DNA of 12,325 nucleotides from Octopus sinensis (lineage: Eukaryota), in the NCBI RefSeq assembly GCF_006345805.1, contig NW_021826618.1:1-12325 (forward strand), read 5' to 3'. The notes under the pieces were generated by a model. It saw only the letters and a list, made by a program, of their open reading frames with translations, made no database searches and had not been told where the DNA came from. Made by a program: the position numbers and the translations under genes. Shown in pieces: positions 1-8,629 of this stretch. Position 1 is the stretch's first letter. The number at the start of each line of letters is the position of its first letter.

Positions 1-160
1 TGTAACGGTAACAATAATATCAATAACAAAAGAAACACAGACATCAGTAAAAATATCGATGGCAGATACATTAGCAACAACATTAGCATCTGTGACGACA
101 ACAACAACAACAACAATAAAGAAAAACAATATCAGCAAACACATCAAACTAGAAAACAGC
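1..160. repeat. Degenerate (AAC)n / A-rich low-complexity tract
   Basis: Runs of acaacaacaac mixed with aacaat and agcaac variants. Confidence 0.75.
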
Positions 161-176
161 ACATATGTGCATGTAG

Positions 177-261
177 GTGTGTGCGCGTGTGTGTGTGTGT
201 GTGTGTGTGCGCGTGTGTGCGCGTGTGTGTGCGTGTGTGCGTGTGTGCGTGTGTGCGTGTG
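177..261. repeat. (GT)n/(GCGT)n alternating purine-pyrimidine microsatellite
   Basis: gtgtgtgcgcgtgtgtgt... read directly. Confidence 0.95.
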
Positions 262-289
262 GCGTATAACATAAACTACAAAATACAAG

Positions 290-359
290 AGAAGCAACAA
301 CAGTAACAACAACAACAATTATATCAAGAATAATAGAAGTAGTAATAATAATAATGATG

Positions 360-407
<48 letters not shown>

Positions 408-754
408 GTAATAGTAATAATAATTAAACAACAATGATAATAATAACAAGAACAATAACAACAACAATAATAAAGGCAGCAACAACAACAACAACAACAA
501 CAATAATAATAATAATAACAATAACAATAATGATAATATTAAAAAGAACAAGAACAGAAAATGAGAAGAATAACAACAACGGTAACAACTACAAAAATCG
601 CAACGACGACGACGGTGAAGAAGAAGAAGAAGAAGAAGAAGAAGAAGAAGAAGAAGAAGAAGAAGAAGAAGAAGAAGAAGAAGAAGAAGAAGAAGAAGAA
701 GAAGAAGAAGAAGATGACGATGATGATGATGATGAGGAGGAGGAGGAGGAGGAG
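290..754. repeat. Compound trinucleotide microsatellite: (AAT)n/(AAC)n, then (GAC)n, (GAA)32 at 617-712, (GAY)7, (GAG)7
   Basis: Read directly; explains the poly-E/K/S/F/L/Y ORFs in several frames. Confidence 0.95.
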
Positions 755-889
755 AACGAAGACGAAAACATTGATGAAGTATCTAAATTTGTGTAATGTC
801 AAGACGGGTGCCATATTGTCCTCTTGGTGAAAACTGAGATGGCGTCTAGCTGTGACAGAAACTGGTCTTATGCGCTCTACAGCCTCCTG

Positions 890-1176
890 TCTTTATCTCT
901 CTATCTCTGTCTCTCTCTCTGACTCTCTCTGTCTCCCTCTCTCTCTCGTTCCTTCTCTCTCTCTTTCTCTCTCTGTTTTCTACTTTCCACTTTTGCTCTT
1001 GTTATATGTATTTCTTGGCCTCTTTTTCTTACATTTTCTCACTCTCGTATTCTCTCTCTCTCTCTCTCTCTCTCACTCTCTCTCTCCCTCTTTATCTCTC
1101 TATCTATCTATCTACCTATCTATCTGTTTATCTATCACTCACAAACACACATACACACACACATACATACACACAC

Positions 1177-1218
<42 letters not shown>

Positions 1219-1470
1219 GCATATACACACACATAACTCATGCACGTTTATCTGTTTCAATCACTCGTATTTTGTTAACTTCTTTTTCTCTTTCCCTCTC
1301 TGCCCCTCTCTTTATACGCACACACACACATATATACTTGTGTGGTGTGTGTGTGTCTATACTTACAGCAATATACATACACCCGAGTTTCCAATGACTG
1401 CCAAATATATATATATACACACACACACACATCCCCCACACAATTACACATATATACACGTACACAGATG
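890..1470. repeat. Compound microsatellite field (CT)n, (CTAT)n, (CA)n, (TA)n
   Basis: Successive di- and tetranucleotide runs with short spacers. Confidence 0.9.
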
Positions 1471-1662
1471 CATACGCCAATACCTCGATTAATAAAATTA
1501 ATGTGTTCCAGAATTTTCGCTATCTAAAGAAGATAAAATATATTTTTAAGCTGATAAAACCTTATCATTTATTGAAAGAAATGCCCACCTGTTCAAAATA
1601 CTGTAGTAGGCCTACGATGTCCCCCACATGTATTGAAAAACTACTCTATATATATACATATA

Positions 1663-1847
1663 TATTTCTTTATTGCCGACAGAGGGCTAAACATAGAGGG
1701 GGCAAACAAAGATAGACAAAGCGACTAAGTCGATTACATCGACACCAGTGTGTAAACTGGTACTTAATTTAATCAACCTCGAACGGATGAAGGGCAAAGT
1801 TGACCTCGGCGGAATTTGAATTCAGAACGTAACGGCAGACGAAACAC
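1663..1847 (-). mobile_element. SINE group C (tail type C1), 5'-truncated
   Basis: Reverse complement aligns with 5670-5853 and 5854-6036 (cgtatttcgtctgccgttacgttctgagttcaaattccgccgaggtcgactttgcc...tttagccccttgtgg...aataaagaaata). Confidence 0.9.
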
Positions 1848-2240
1848 GTGTGGTAAGTAGCTTCCTAACCAACCACATGGTTCCGGGTTCAGTCCCACTG
1901 CGTGGCATCTTGGGCAAGTGTCTTCTGCTATAGCCCGGGCCGACCAATGCCTTGTGAGTGGATTTTGGTAGACGGAAACTGAAAGAAGCCTGTCGTATAT
2001 ATGTATATATATATATGTATGTGTGTGTTTGTGCGTCTGTATTTGTCCCCCAAGCATTGCTTGACAACCGATGCTGGTGTGTTTACGTCCCCGTCACTTA
2101 GCGGTTCGGCAAAAAGAGACCGATAGAATAAGTACTGGGCTTACAAAGAATAAGTCCCGGGGTTGATTTGCTCGACAAAAGGCGGTGCTCCAGCATGGCC
2201 GCAGTCAAATGACTGAAACAAGTAAAAGAGTAAAAGAGTA
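1848..2240 (+). mobile_element. SINE group B (CORE-like), nearly full length, extreme 5' end missing
   Basis: B-box-like gggttcagtccc; CORE-like cttgggcaagtgtcttct; internal (TA)/(TG) microsatellite; tail gctccagcatggccgcagtcaaatgactgaaacaag(taaaagag)2; homologous to 2416-2686, 5047-5209 and 9784-10075. Confidence 0.9.
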
Positions 2241-2313
2241 ATTCAAACAAAGAATAAGAATACTCGAATCCATAAAAAATAATATAAATATCATACTACT
2301 GTTTGTTTTAGAA

Positions 2314-2415
2314 CAGTGCTTCTCAGCCATTTTTTGCCTATGGACCTTTGATTTCTATTTTACTCGGGCAGATCCTCATATATATTCGATATTAAAAATT
2401 TTTTTACTATTCTTA
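2314..2415 (+). mobile_element. Possible left-end fragment of a hAT/Charlie-type non-autonomous DNA transposon
   Basis: Starts CAGTGCTTCTCAGCC (Charlie/MER5-type termini are CAGTGGTTCTCAA..) right after ttttagaa, which resembles the NTCTAGAN target; no right TIR found. Confidence 0.35.
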
Positions 2416-2686
2416 GCGCTGGCGTGGCTGTGTGGTAAGAAGCTTGCTTCTCAACCACGTGGTTCCGGGTTCAGTTCATTGCGTGGCACCTTGGGCAAGT
2501 GTCCTCTACTATAGCCTTGGGATTTGGTAGGCGGAAACTGAAAGAAATCCGTCGTGTGTGTGTGTGGTGTATTTGTGCGCGTGTGTGTGTGTGTGTTGTG
2601 TTGTTTTTTGTGTGTGCGTGTTAGTGTGCCATCGCCTGACAACTGATAATGGCGTGTTTAAATCTCCCGTAACTTAGCTGTTCGGC
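2416..2686 (+). mobile_element. SINE group B, 3'-truncated, with a small internal deletion
   Basis: Head gcgctggcgtggctgtgtggtaagaagc (A-box-like) and gggttcagttc (B-box-like), then accttgggcaagtgtc; aligns with 1848 to about 2110. Confidence 0.88.
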
Positions 2687-2830
2687 TCTCTGTTATTGTT
2701 TCGCGAGTCTACTTTACGATTTTGTCCTGTCCTGGCAACCAATGTGTGTGCTATGGGTAGATAATATTGACTGAAATCCAATAAACGAAATTTCGCTTCC
2801 TAGTCAGTTCAGAAATGTTTCTCTTAGTAT

Positions 2831-3108
2831 TTGTATTGTTTGATCCTTCTCGAGCCATGTCTAGCTCATAAGGGCCGGTTTCCCGGTTTCTTGGCGTATA
2901 GGTTCCCCACCTGGACAGGACGCCGAGTTGCTGTGAGAGAAAGTTGTGGCGAAAGAGTCAGCAGAAGTTTCACCATTACCTTCTGCCGGAGCCGCGTGGA
3001 ACTTAAATGTTTTCGCTCATAAACACACACATCGCCCGATCTGAGATTCGAACCCGCGATCCCTCGACCACGAGTTGGCTGCTCTAACCACTAGGCCATG
3101 TGCCTCCA
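2831..3108 (-). mobile_element. SINE group A (tail type A1), with about 30 bp internal deletion
   Basis: Reverse complement aligns with 9398-9703 and 11636-11944; head tggaggcacatggcctagtggttagagc; the segment tccatctcaggtgagctgcaagatgcaggagg is missing; only a degenerate TSD. Confidence 0.92.
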
Positions 3109-3235
3109 CTAGCATCATCAATGTGAGGCAATCATTTGCTATCTTATATTCCGGAGTATTTTTTTCTTTCTTACCTTTACACTTGAAGTTTTAGAAGAAC
3201 TCCGAAGCATCTGGATTATAGCATTTGCAAATTTG

Positions 3236-3673
3236 GATCTTTTCGGTTTGAACGGCAGTTTTTAACATAATTTCTAGGTAACTAAAAATTTTATACTTCG
3301 TACACTGGTAGAATGTGTTTATAAAACATCTTTTTCTCTTGGCTTTATTGAGAAAATTCTATAGTTTGCAAGATATTTGTTGCTTTTTTTTTCTTCAATT
3401 TCTGCAATTTCAACCAATCAATGACGTCCATTTGGGATGAAAACATTCTGTGCCGTCTGAATATGTCCCTCGTTTAAGAAACAGATTGGGTTTATTTACA
3501 TTTGTAAAGAAAAAAAGATACCCTTCCCCCCACATCTAACCCTAACCCTAAACCTAACTAACCCTAACCCTAAAACAGATTGAAATGCAATAGATCGATA
3601 CTAGGTTCATAATTATGGGTGACAATTTCATATGACACCGCTAGAAAAAACTGCCGTTCAAACCGAAAAGATC
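3236..3673. mobile_element. MITE / non-autonomous DNA transposon with 28-bp perfect TIRs and an 8-9 bp imperfect TSD
   Basis: gatcttttcggtttgaacggcagttttt (3236-3263) is the exact reverse complement of 3646-3673; flanks tgcaaattt (3226-3234) and tgcaaaattt (3674-3683); no ORF. Confidence 0.92.
3536..3573 (-). repeat. Interstitial telomere-type (TTAGGG)n tract inside the MITE
   Basis: ctaaccctaaccctaaacctaactaaccctaaccctaa, about 6 degenerate CCCTAA units. Confidence 0.85.
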
Positions 3674-4173
3674 TGCAAAATTTTCCTATTATCCGAATGC
3701 TAAAGAGATTTGATCGTTTCTTCAACTTTTCAAATCATCTATAAGAAGCAATAAACGTCTGAGAGTTTTCTTCAGCTTCTTGTTTCAATTGATGAAGTAA
3801 ATTTAAAGCTTTTTGCTGGATAATGGCTTGAAGAGCGTTAAGTGATACCGTGACGTATAGCCTACTCAAACACTTATTATTTTCTCCATATCTCCCAAGA
3901 TTTTATTGCAGGCGCAGCATTATTTTAGAAGTGTTACACTCACGTGAATTTTACATCACAAAATTCGCAAATTTACTGTGTGCAGTTCTAAAGTTGATAA
4001 TGTCAGTCCGAACATTTTTCTCTTTGTTTCTCCCTCTCCTTCCACCTCTTCTTTTTGTGATATTCACTCTGGTGTCTAATAATAATATTACTTTTTACTT
4101 ACGCGTCATGATGGGAGAATAAGAGTAAGGAATTAATCTTAGCACAAAATTTCTGTCTTTATGAAATTGTTTG

Positions 4174-4570
4174 TGGAGGCGCAATGGCCCAGTGGTTAGG
4201 GCAGCGGACTCGCGGTCGTAGGATCGCGGTTTCGATTCCCAGACCGGGCGTTGAGAGTGTTTATTGAGCGAAAACACCTAAAAGCTCCACGAGGCTCCGG
4301 CAGGGATGGTGGTGATCCCTGCTGTACTCTTTCACCACAACTTTCTCCACTCTTACTTCCTGTTCTGTTGTAACCTGTATTTCAAAGGGCCGGCCTTGTC
4401 ACTCTCTGTGTCACGCTGAATATCCCCGAGAACTACGTTAAGGTACACGTGTCTGTGGAGTGCTCAGCCACTTACACGTTAATTTCACGAGCAGGCTGTT
4501 CCGTTGATCGGGTCAACCGGAACCCTCATCATCGTAACCGACGGAGTGCTTCCACCAAAAAAAAAAAAAA
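4174..4570 (+). mobile_element. SINE group A (tail type A2), full length with poly(A) and TSD
   Basis: tRNA-like head with A box tggcccagtgg and B box gtttcgattcc; A-tail 4557-4570; TSD atgaaattgtttg (4161-4173) / atgaaattgtctg (4571-4583). Confidence 0.93.
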
Positions 4571-4577
4571 ATGAAAT

Positions 4578-4960
4578 TGTCTGGTGGCGATGGCGAAAGA
4601 GGTGGTGTGGTGGACGAGACTGAAAAGACTGAAGGCAGATACTTTCCTCTTCGGCCAAAGCCCACGTTGACTTTTTAAAATTCCATTTGTAAAGAAAGTG
4701 AGGATTGAGAGGGATATGCTACTTCCCAGTAAAATCGTTTAAGAGGCAGGTGAATGCGGCGAAAATGGCCTGAATGAGTGGACCTACTCTAAGCTAGTGA
4801 CTGTAGACTGAGGAACATAGAAGAAAGAGGAGCATTTGCCATGGCACTCCTAATGAGTAGGGTAGCTCGGGATCTATGGAATTCCTTGGTCACCTCCGGA
4901 TGGGGTTTTCGTCCATATTGAGGACTTTGTTACGATCTTTTACAAATTGTTATTATTTTT
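4578..4960 (+). pseudogene. Probable decayed 3' end (ORF2 C-terminus and 3' UTR) of a Tx1/L1-clade LINE
   Basis: Translates CLVAMAKEVVWWTRLKRLKADTFLFGQS, then with frameshifts DFLKFHL*, KVRIERDMLLPSK, KRQVNAAKMA; resembles the AKxxIWxxR region of L1/Tx1 ORF2 (recall only). Confidence 0.5.
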
Positions 4961-5046
4961 ATTCTCTTTTACTCTTTTACTTGTTTCAGTCATTTGACTG
5001 TGGCCATGCTGGACACCACCTTTAGTCGAGCAAATCGACCCCCAGG
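4961..5046 (-). mobile_element. SINE group B 3' tail (inside the left arm of the inverted repeat)
   Basis: attctcttttactcttttacttgtttcagtcatttgactgtggccatgctgga is the reverse complement of the group B tail. Confidence 0.9.
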
Positions 5047-5209
5047 TGTGTTTACGTCCCCGTAACTTAGCGGTTCGGCAAAAGAGATCGATAGAATAAG
5101 TACTAGGCTTACAAAGAGTAAGTCCTGGGGTCGATTTGCTCAACTAAAGGCGGTGCTCCAGCATGGTCACAATCACATAACTGAAACAAGTAAAAGAGTA
5201 AAAGAGAAT
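5047..5209 (+). mobile_element. SINE group B 3' half
   Basis: tgtgtttacgtccccgtaacttagcggttcggcaaaagag...gtaaaagagtaaaagag aligns with about 2078-2240. Confidence 0.92.
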
Positions 5210-5340
5210 ATAAATAATAACAATTTGTGAAAGATCGTAACAAAGTCCTCAATAGGGACGAAAACCCCACCCGGAGGTGACCAAGGAATTCCATAGATCC
5301 TGAGCTACCCTACTCATCAGGAGTGCCATGGCAAAAGAGA

Positions 5341-6342
5341 AAATTTGAGGCAATTCGGAGGTGCTACAACGGGAAGATTGCATCAATGGAACAGCTGAAC
5401 GAGTGGGAGAGACTGAAAGAGCTACGACTCTAGTCCCTGGAGCGAAGACGAAAGGAAGGTATGCACTGATGTACGTATGGTAGATCCTGAAGGGGTTGGC
5501 ACCATTCTTTGTCATCGAAAGTTATACCAGCCCCCGGACTGGACGTCACTGTGTTGTTCCAAATGTCCAAGTTATCCCGTTTAGAGACAGGACTTTGTAC
5601 TGCAATAGCTTGGCAGACTAAAGGCGGCGAGCTGGCTGAAACGTTAGCACACCGGGCGAAATGCGTAGCCGTATTTCGTCTGCCGTTACGTTCTGAGTTC
5701 AAATTCCGCCGAGGTCGACTTTGCCTTTCATCCTTTCGGGGTCGATAAATTAAGTACCAGTTACGCACTGGGGTCGATGTAATCGACTTAATACCTATGT
5801 CTGTCCTTGTGTGTCCCCTCTATGTTTAGCCCCTTGTGGATAATAAAGAAATACGTATTTCGTCTACCGTTACGTTCTGAGTTCAAATTCCGCCGAGGTC
5901 GACTTTGCCTTTCATCCTTTCGTGGTCGATAAATTAAGTACCAGTTACGTACTGGGGTCGATATAATCGACTTAATCCGTTTGTCTGTCCTTGTTTGTCC
6001 CCTCTATGTTTAGCCCCTTGTGGGTAGTAAAGGAATAATAGCTTGGGATTCAAGGGCCCACGACTATTTAATGCCTTGCCAAAATATCTGATGGATCTTC
6101 ATGGAGTAAGGCTAGATGTTTTCAAGGAACAACGTAGCCCCTTGCTGTCCAAGTTCCCAGTTGAACTTATATTACGGCAAGAAACTCAAAAGAGAACACC
6201 AGTGTCGAACTCCTACCTTTACCAAAAACCAATCACATAAGAATAGCCATCGAAAAAGTGATTACACCGACGTCGCTCCAGCATGACCACAGCCTTTGAG
6301 CTGAAATATATATATAAAGAATAAGAAGACTAAAAGAATAAA
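5341..6342 (+). pseudogene. 5'-truncated decayed CR1/L2-group LINE: ORF2 C-terminus and 3' UTR, split by a SINE
   Basis: KFEAIRRCYNGKIASMEQLNEWERLKELRL*SLERRR / RYALMYVW*ILKGLAP...PRTGRHC...RTLYCNSL [SINE 5614-6036] GFKGPRLFNALPKYL..DVFK..* (stop 6238-6240). Fits the YxERLxxLxLxSLExRR and WNxLP..FK motifs of CR1/L2 ORF2; the frame rejoins once the SINE and one TSD copy are removed. Confidence 0.85.
5614..6036 (+). mobile_element. SINE group C (tail C1): full monomer plus tandem second unit, 10-bp TSD
   Basis: TSD aatagcttgg at 5604-5613 and 6037-6046; head aggcggcgagctggctgaaacgttagc; B-box-like gagttcaaattcc; units 5670-5853 and 5854-6036. The central gtcgactttgcctttcatcctttcggggtcgataaattaagtaccag resembles the Meta/MESC SINE domain (recall). 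Confidence 0.93.
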
Positions 6343-6878
6343 CGGGAATATTTTGCAAGTTATTTATTTATACTTTTTTGGGTTTTTTTGTTTGTATTTT
6401 GATAATTGTTCCTTTTCGTTGTGTTTTTTTTTTTTTTTTTACGTCCAATCCGTTTTCCTTTCGTGTGTTTATTTTCGTTTCATTCCATGGTTTGTAGAGA
6501 TTGCCGAAATGTTCTTTTATTCCCCCAAGCCTCAAGTGCTGGAAACGAGGATTCCTGGCAGTGAGAACGACAAAGGTAATGGATGTCTGTTGTAATTGTA
6601 TGTCACAAGTGTAATAAATGGCGCTGCCGACTGATATCAGTTGGCGTCCTCCGTTCCGTTTTGGCTTCACTACTTAAAGAGGTGAAATTCTTGAGTAGGT
6701 GATAGCTGATAAAAATTATAGACGGCAGAAAGTTGTTGGCTGAATCGGGGGTGGGGGTCGTGGAGGGTCATTAGTTGGAGTGACGGGTTGTTCAATGGAG
6801 AGGAAGAGAGACTGAGAGGTCGTTAAACTGGAGAAGGATCTAAATAAAATATTAGAGAAGCCGCGTGTGTGTATGGCA

Positions 6879-7267
6879 TTCTCTCCCTCTTTCTCTCTCT
6901 CTCTCTCCCTTTTCTTTCTCTCTCTCTCTCTCCTTTCTTTCTCTCTCTCTCTCTCTCCCTTTTCTTTCTCTCTCTCTCTCTCTCCCTTTTCTTTCTCACT
7001 CTCTCTCTCTCCCTTTTCTTTCTCACTCTCTCTCCTTTTTCTTTCTCTCTCTCTCCCTTTTCTTCCTCTCTCTCTCCCTTTTCTTTCTCTCTCTCCCCCT
7101 TTTCTTTCTCTCTCTCTCTCCCTTTTCTTTCTCTCTCTCTCCCTTTTCTTTCTCTCTCTCTCCCTTTTCTTTCTCTCTCTCTCTCTCTTTTCTTTCTCTC
7201 TCTCTCTCTCTCTCTCCCTTTTCTCGGTCTCTTTCTCTCTTTCTTTCTGGTGTGTGTGTGTGTGTGT
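6879..7267. repeat. Polypyrimidine (CT)n tract with higher-order unit cccttttcttt(ct)n, followed by (GT)n
   Basis: About 370 nt almost all C/T; ccttttcttt recurs roughly every 20-24 nt. Confidence 0.95.
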
Positions 7268-7308
7268 CTATCTGTCAGTGAGAAATTGATAGCGATGGGG
7301 CAGAGTTG

Positions 7309-7790
7309 AAGAGGGGAAAGGGAAAGGGGAAAGATGGAGAGAAAATGAGGAAGGAAGATTGGAAGAAAGATTATCGTAAGAAAGAAGTGGAGTGAATGAA
7401 AAAGAAGAACGGGGAAAGAAAAGTGAAAGAAGTAATAGGAAATATAAGAAAGGGAAGAAGATTGCGAGGGTGAGTAAAGGAGATGGGGAGAGTGAACGAG
7501 GAAGAGGGAAGAGAGAAAATAAAAGAAAGAGTATGAGAGAAACAATCAGAGAAATAGAGGGAGGATGTGATTAAGAGTGTGTGAAAGAGAAAGGGGGAGG
7601 GAAGGAGGCAGAGAGTAGGAGTGAATGAGTGAGGGATTGAGTGAGTGAAGGAGGGGGAAGGGAAGGAGAGGAAAAGGGAGAGATGCTAAGGTTCAGTGAT
7701 AGTAGGGGACATGAAACGAAAAATGAGGACGAGGAGGAAAAGAGAGGCACTTATAAAGGAATGCGTTATTGGAGGGAGAGTGTGAGAGGA

Positions 7791-7823
<33 letters not shown>

Positions 7824-7857
7824 TAAGAGAATTAAGAGAAAGAGAACGAGAAGAAAA
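7309..7857. repeat. Degenerate purine-rich (GA) low-complexity tract
   Basis: Strong A/G bias, with a pure (AG)n run at about 7800-7822. Confidence 0.85.
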
Positions 7858-7922
7858 TGTTGGTGAGAGTTTGCTGGGAGGGGTATCAGCAATGAAGCAT
7901 TATGGGAAAATATAGTTTGGAA

Positions 7923-8335
7923 TGGATGGATGGATGGATGGATGGATGGATGGATGGATGGAGAGAGGGAGGGAGGGAGGGAGGGAGGGAGGGAAGGAGG
8001 GAGGGAGGGATAGGTAGATGGGCGGATGGATAGATGGAGGGAGGGAGGGATGGATAAATGGATTGAGGGGTGGATGGATGGATGGATGGATGGGTAGTTG
8101 GGTGGATGGATGGATGAGTGGGAGGATGGATGGATAAATGGATGGGTGGATAGATGGCTGGGTGGATGTACATGTGGGTGGGTGGATGGATGGATGAACA
8201 GGTGGGTGGATGGACAGGTGGGTGGGTGGACAGGTGGGTGGATGGACAGGTGGATGGATGGACGGATAGATGGATGGATGGATAGATGGATAGATGAATG
8301 GGTGGACGGACGGACGGACGGATGGACGGATGGAC

Positions 8336-8369
<34 letters not shown>

Positions 8370-8629
8370 ATGGATGGATGGATGGATGGGTGGTGGATGG
8401 ATGGATGGATGGATGGTGGGTGGGTGGATGAATAAGTGGAATTTGGATGTGCGGGTGTATCGATGGATAGCGTGAGTGATGGATGGAAGGAGAGAGGACG
8501 ACATGGATTGCTAAATGGATGGATGGATGGGTGAGTGGATGGATGGATGGATGGATGGATGGATGGATGGATGGATGGGTGGATGGATGGATGGATGGAT
8601 GGATGGGTGGATGGATGGATGGATGGATG
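7923..8629. repeat. (GGAT)n tetranucleotide satellite with GGAG, GGGT and GGAC variant blocks
   Basis: Read directly; source of the HPSI and MDGW ORFs. Confidence 0.95.

Larger units (their letters stand above)
3109..4109 (-). pseudogene. Decayed Tigger/pogo-family (CENP-B-like HTH + DDE) transposase, N-terminal part, interrupted by a MITE
   Basis: Manual minus-strand translation across stops and frameshifts: MTRK*KVILLLDTRVNITKR..MFGLTLST; KILGDMEKIISV*V; LQAIIQQKALNLLHQLKQEAEENSQTFIASYR*FEKLKKRSNLFSIRIIGK [MITE] FANA..DASEFF; KEKNTPEYKIANDCLTLMML. Matches recalled Tigger motifs in the correct order (MEKLLxxW, IQEKA, FxASxGWFxxFKKR, GExASAD, EKxAPGxKxxKDRLTL). Confidence 0.8.
4835..5335. 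repeat. Long inverted repeat: 212-bp arms (4835-5046 and 5124-5335) with a 77-bp spacer
   Basis: Manual alignment of one arm to the reverse complement of the other gives about 12 substitutions and 2 single-base indels (about 93% identity). Confidence 0.95.

Noticed and set aside
434-796. Acidic poly-E/D protein ORF and the overlapping poly-K/S/F/L ORFs
   Set aside because: Open only because trinucleotide microsatellites lack stops in several frames; no domain content or splice support
3536-3573. True telomere or chromosome-fusion scar
   Set aside because: Short, degenerate, single orientation and enclosed within MITE TIRs
4174-4250. tRNA gene (also at 9398, 11636 and about 3035-3108)
   Set aside because: These are tRNA-derived SINE heads: no good acceptor stem or oligo-T terminator, and they continue into SINE bodies, three of them bounded by clear TSDs
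5616-5627. GACTAAAGGCGG at the SINE C 5' end matching the SINE B tail, suggesting a B-C chimera
   Set aside because: Only about 12 nt, half of it the normal C head; a chance match is plausible
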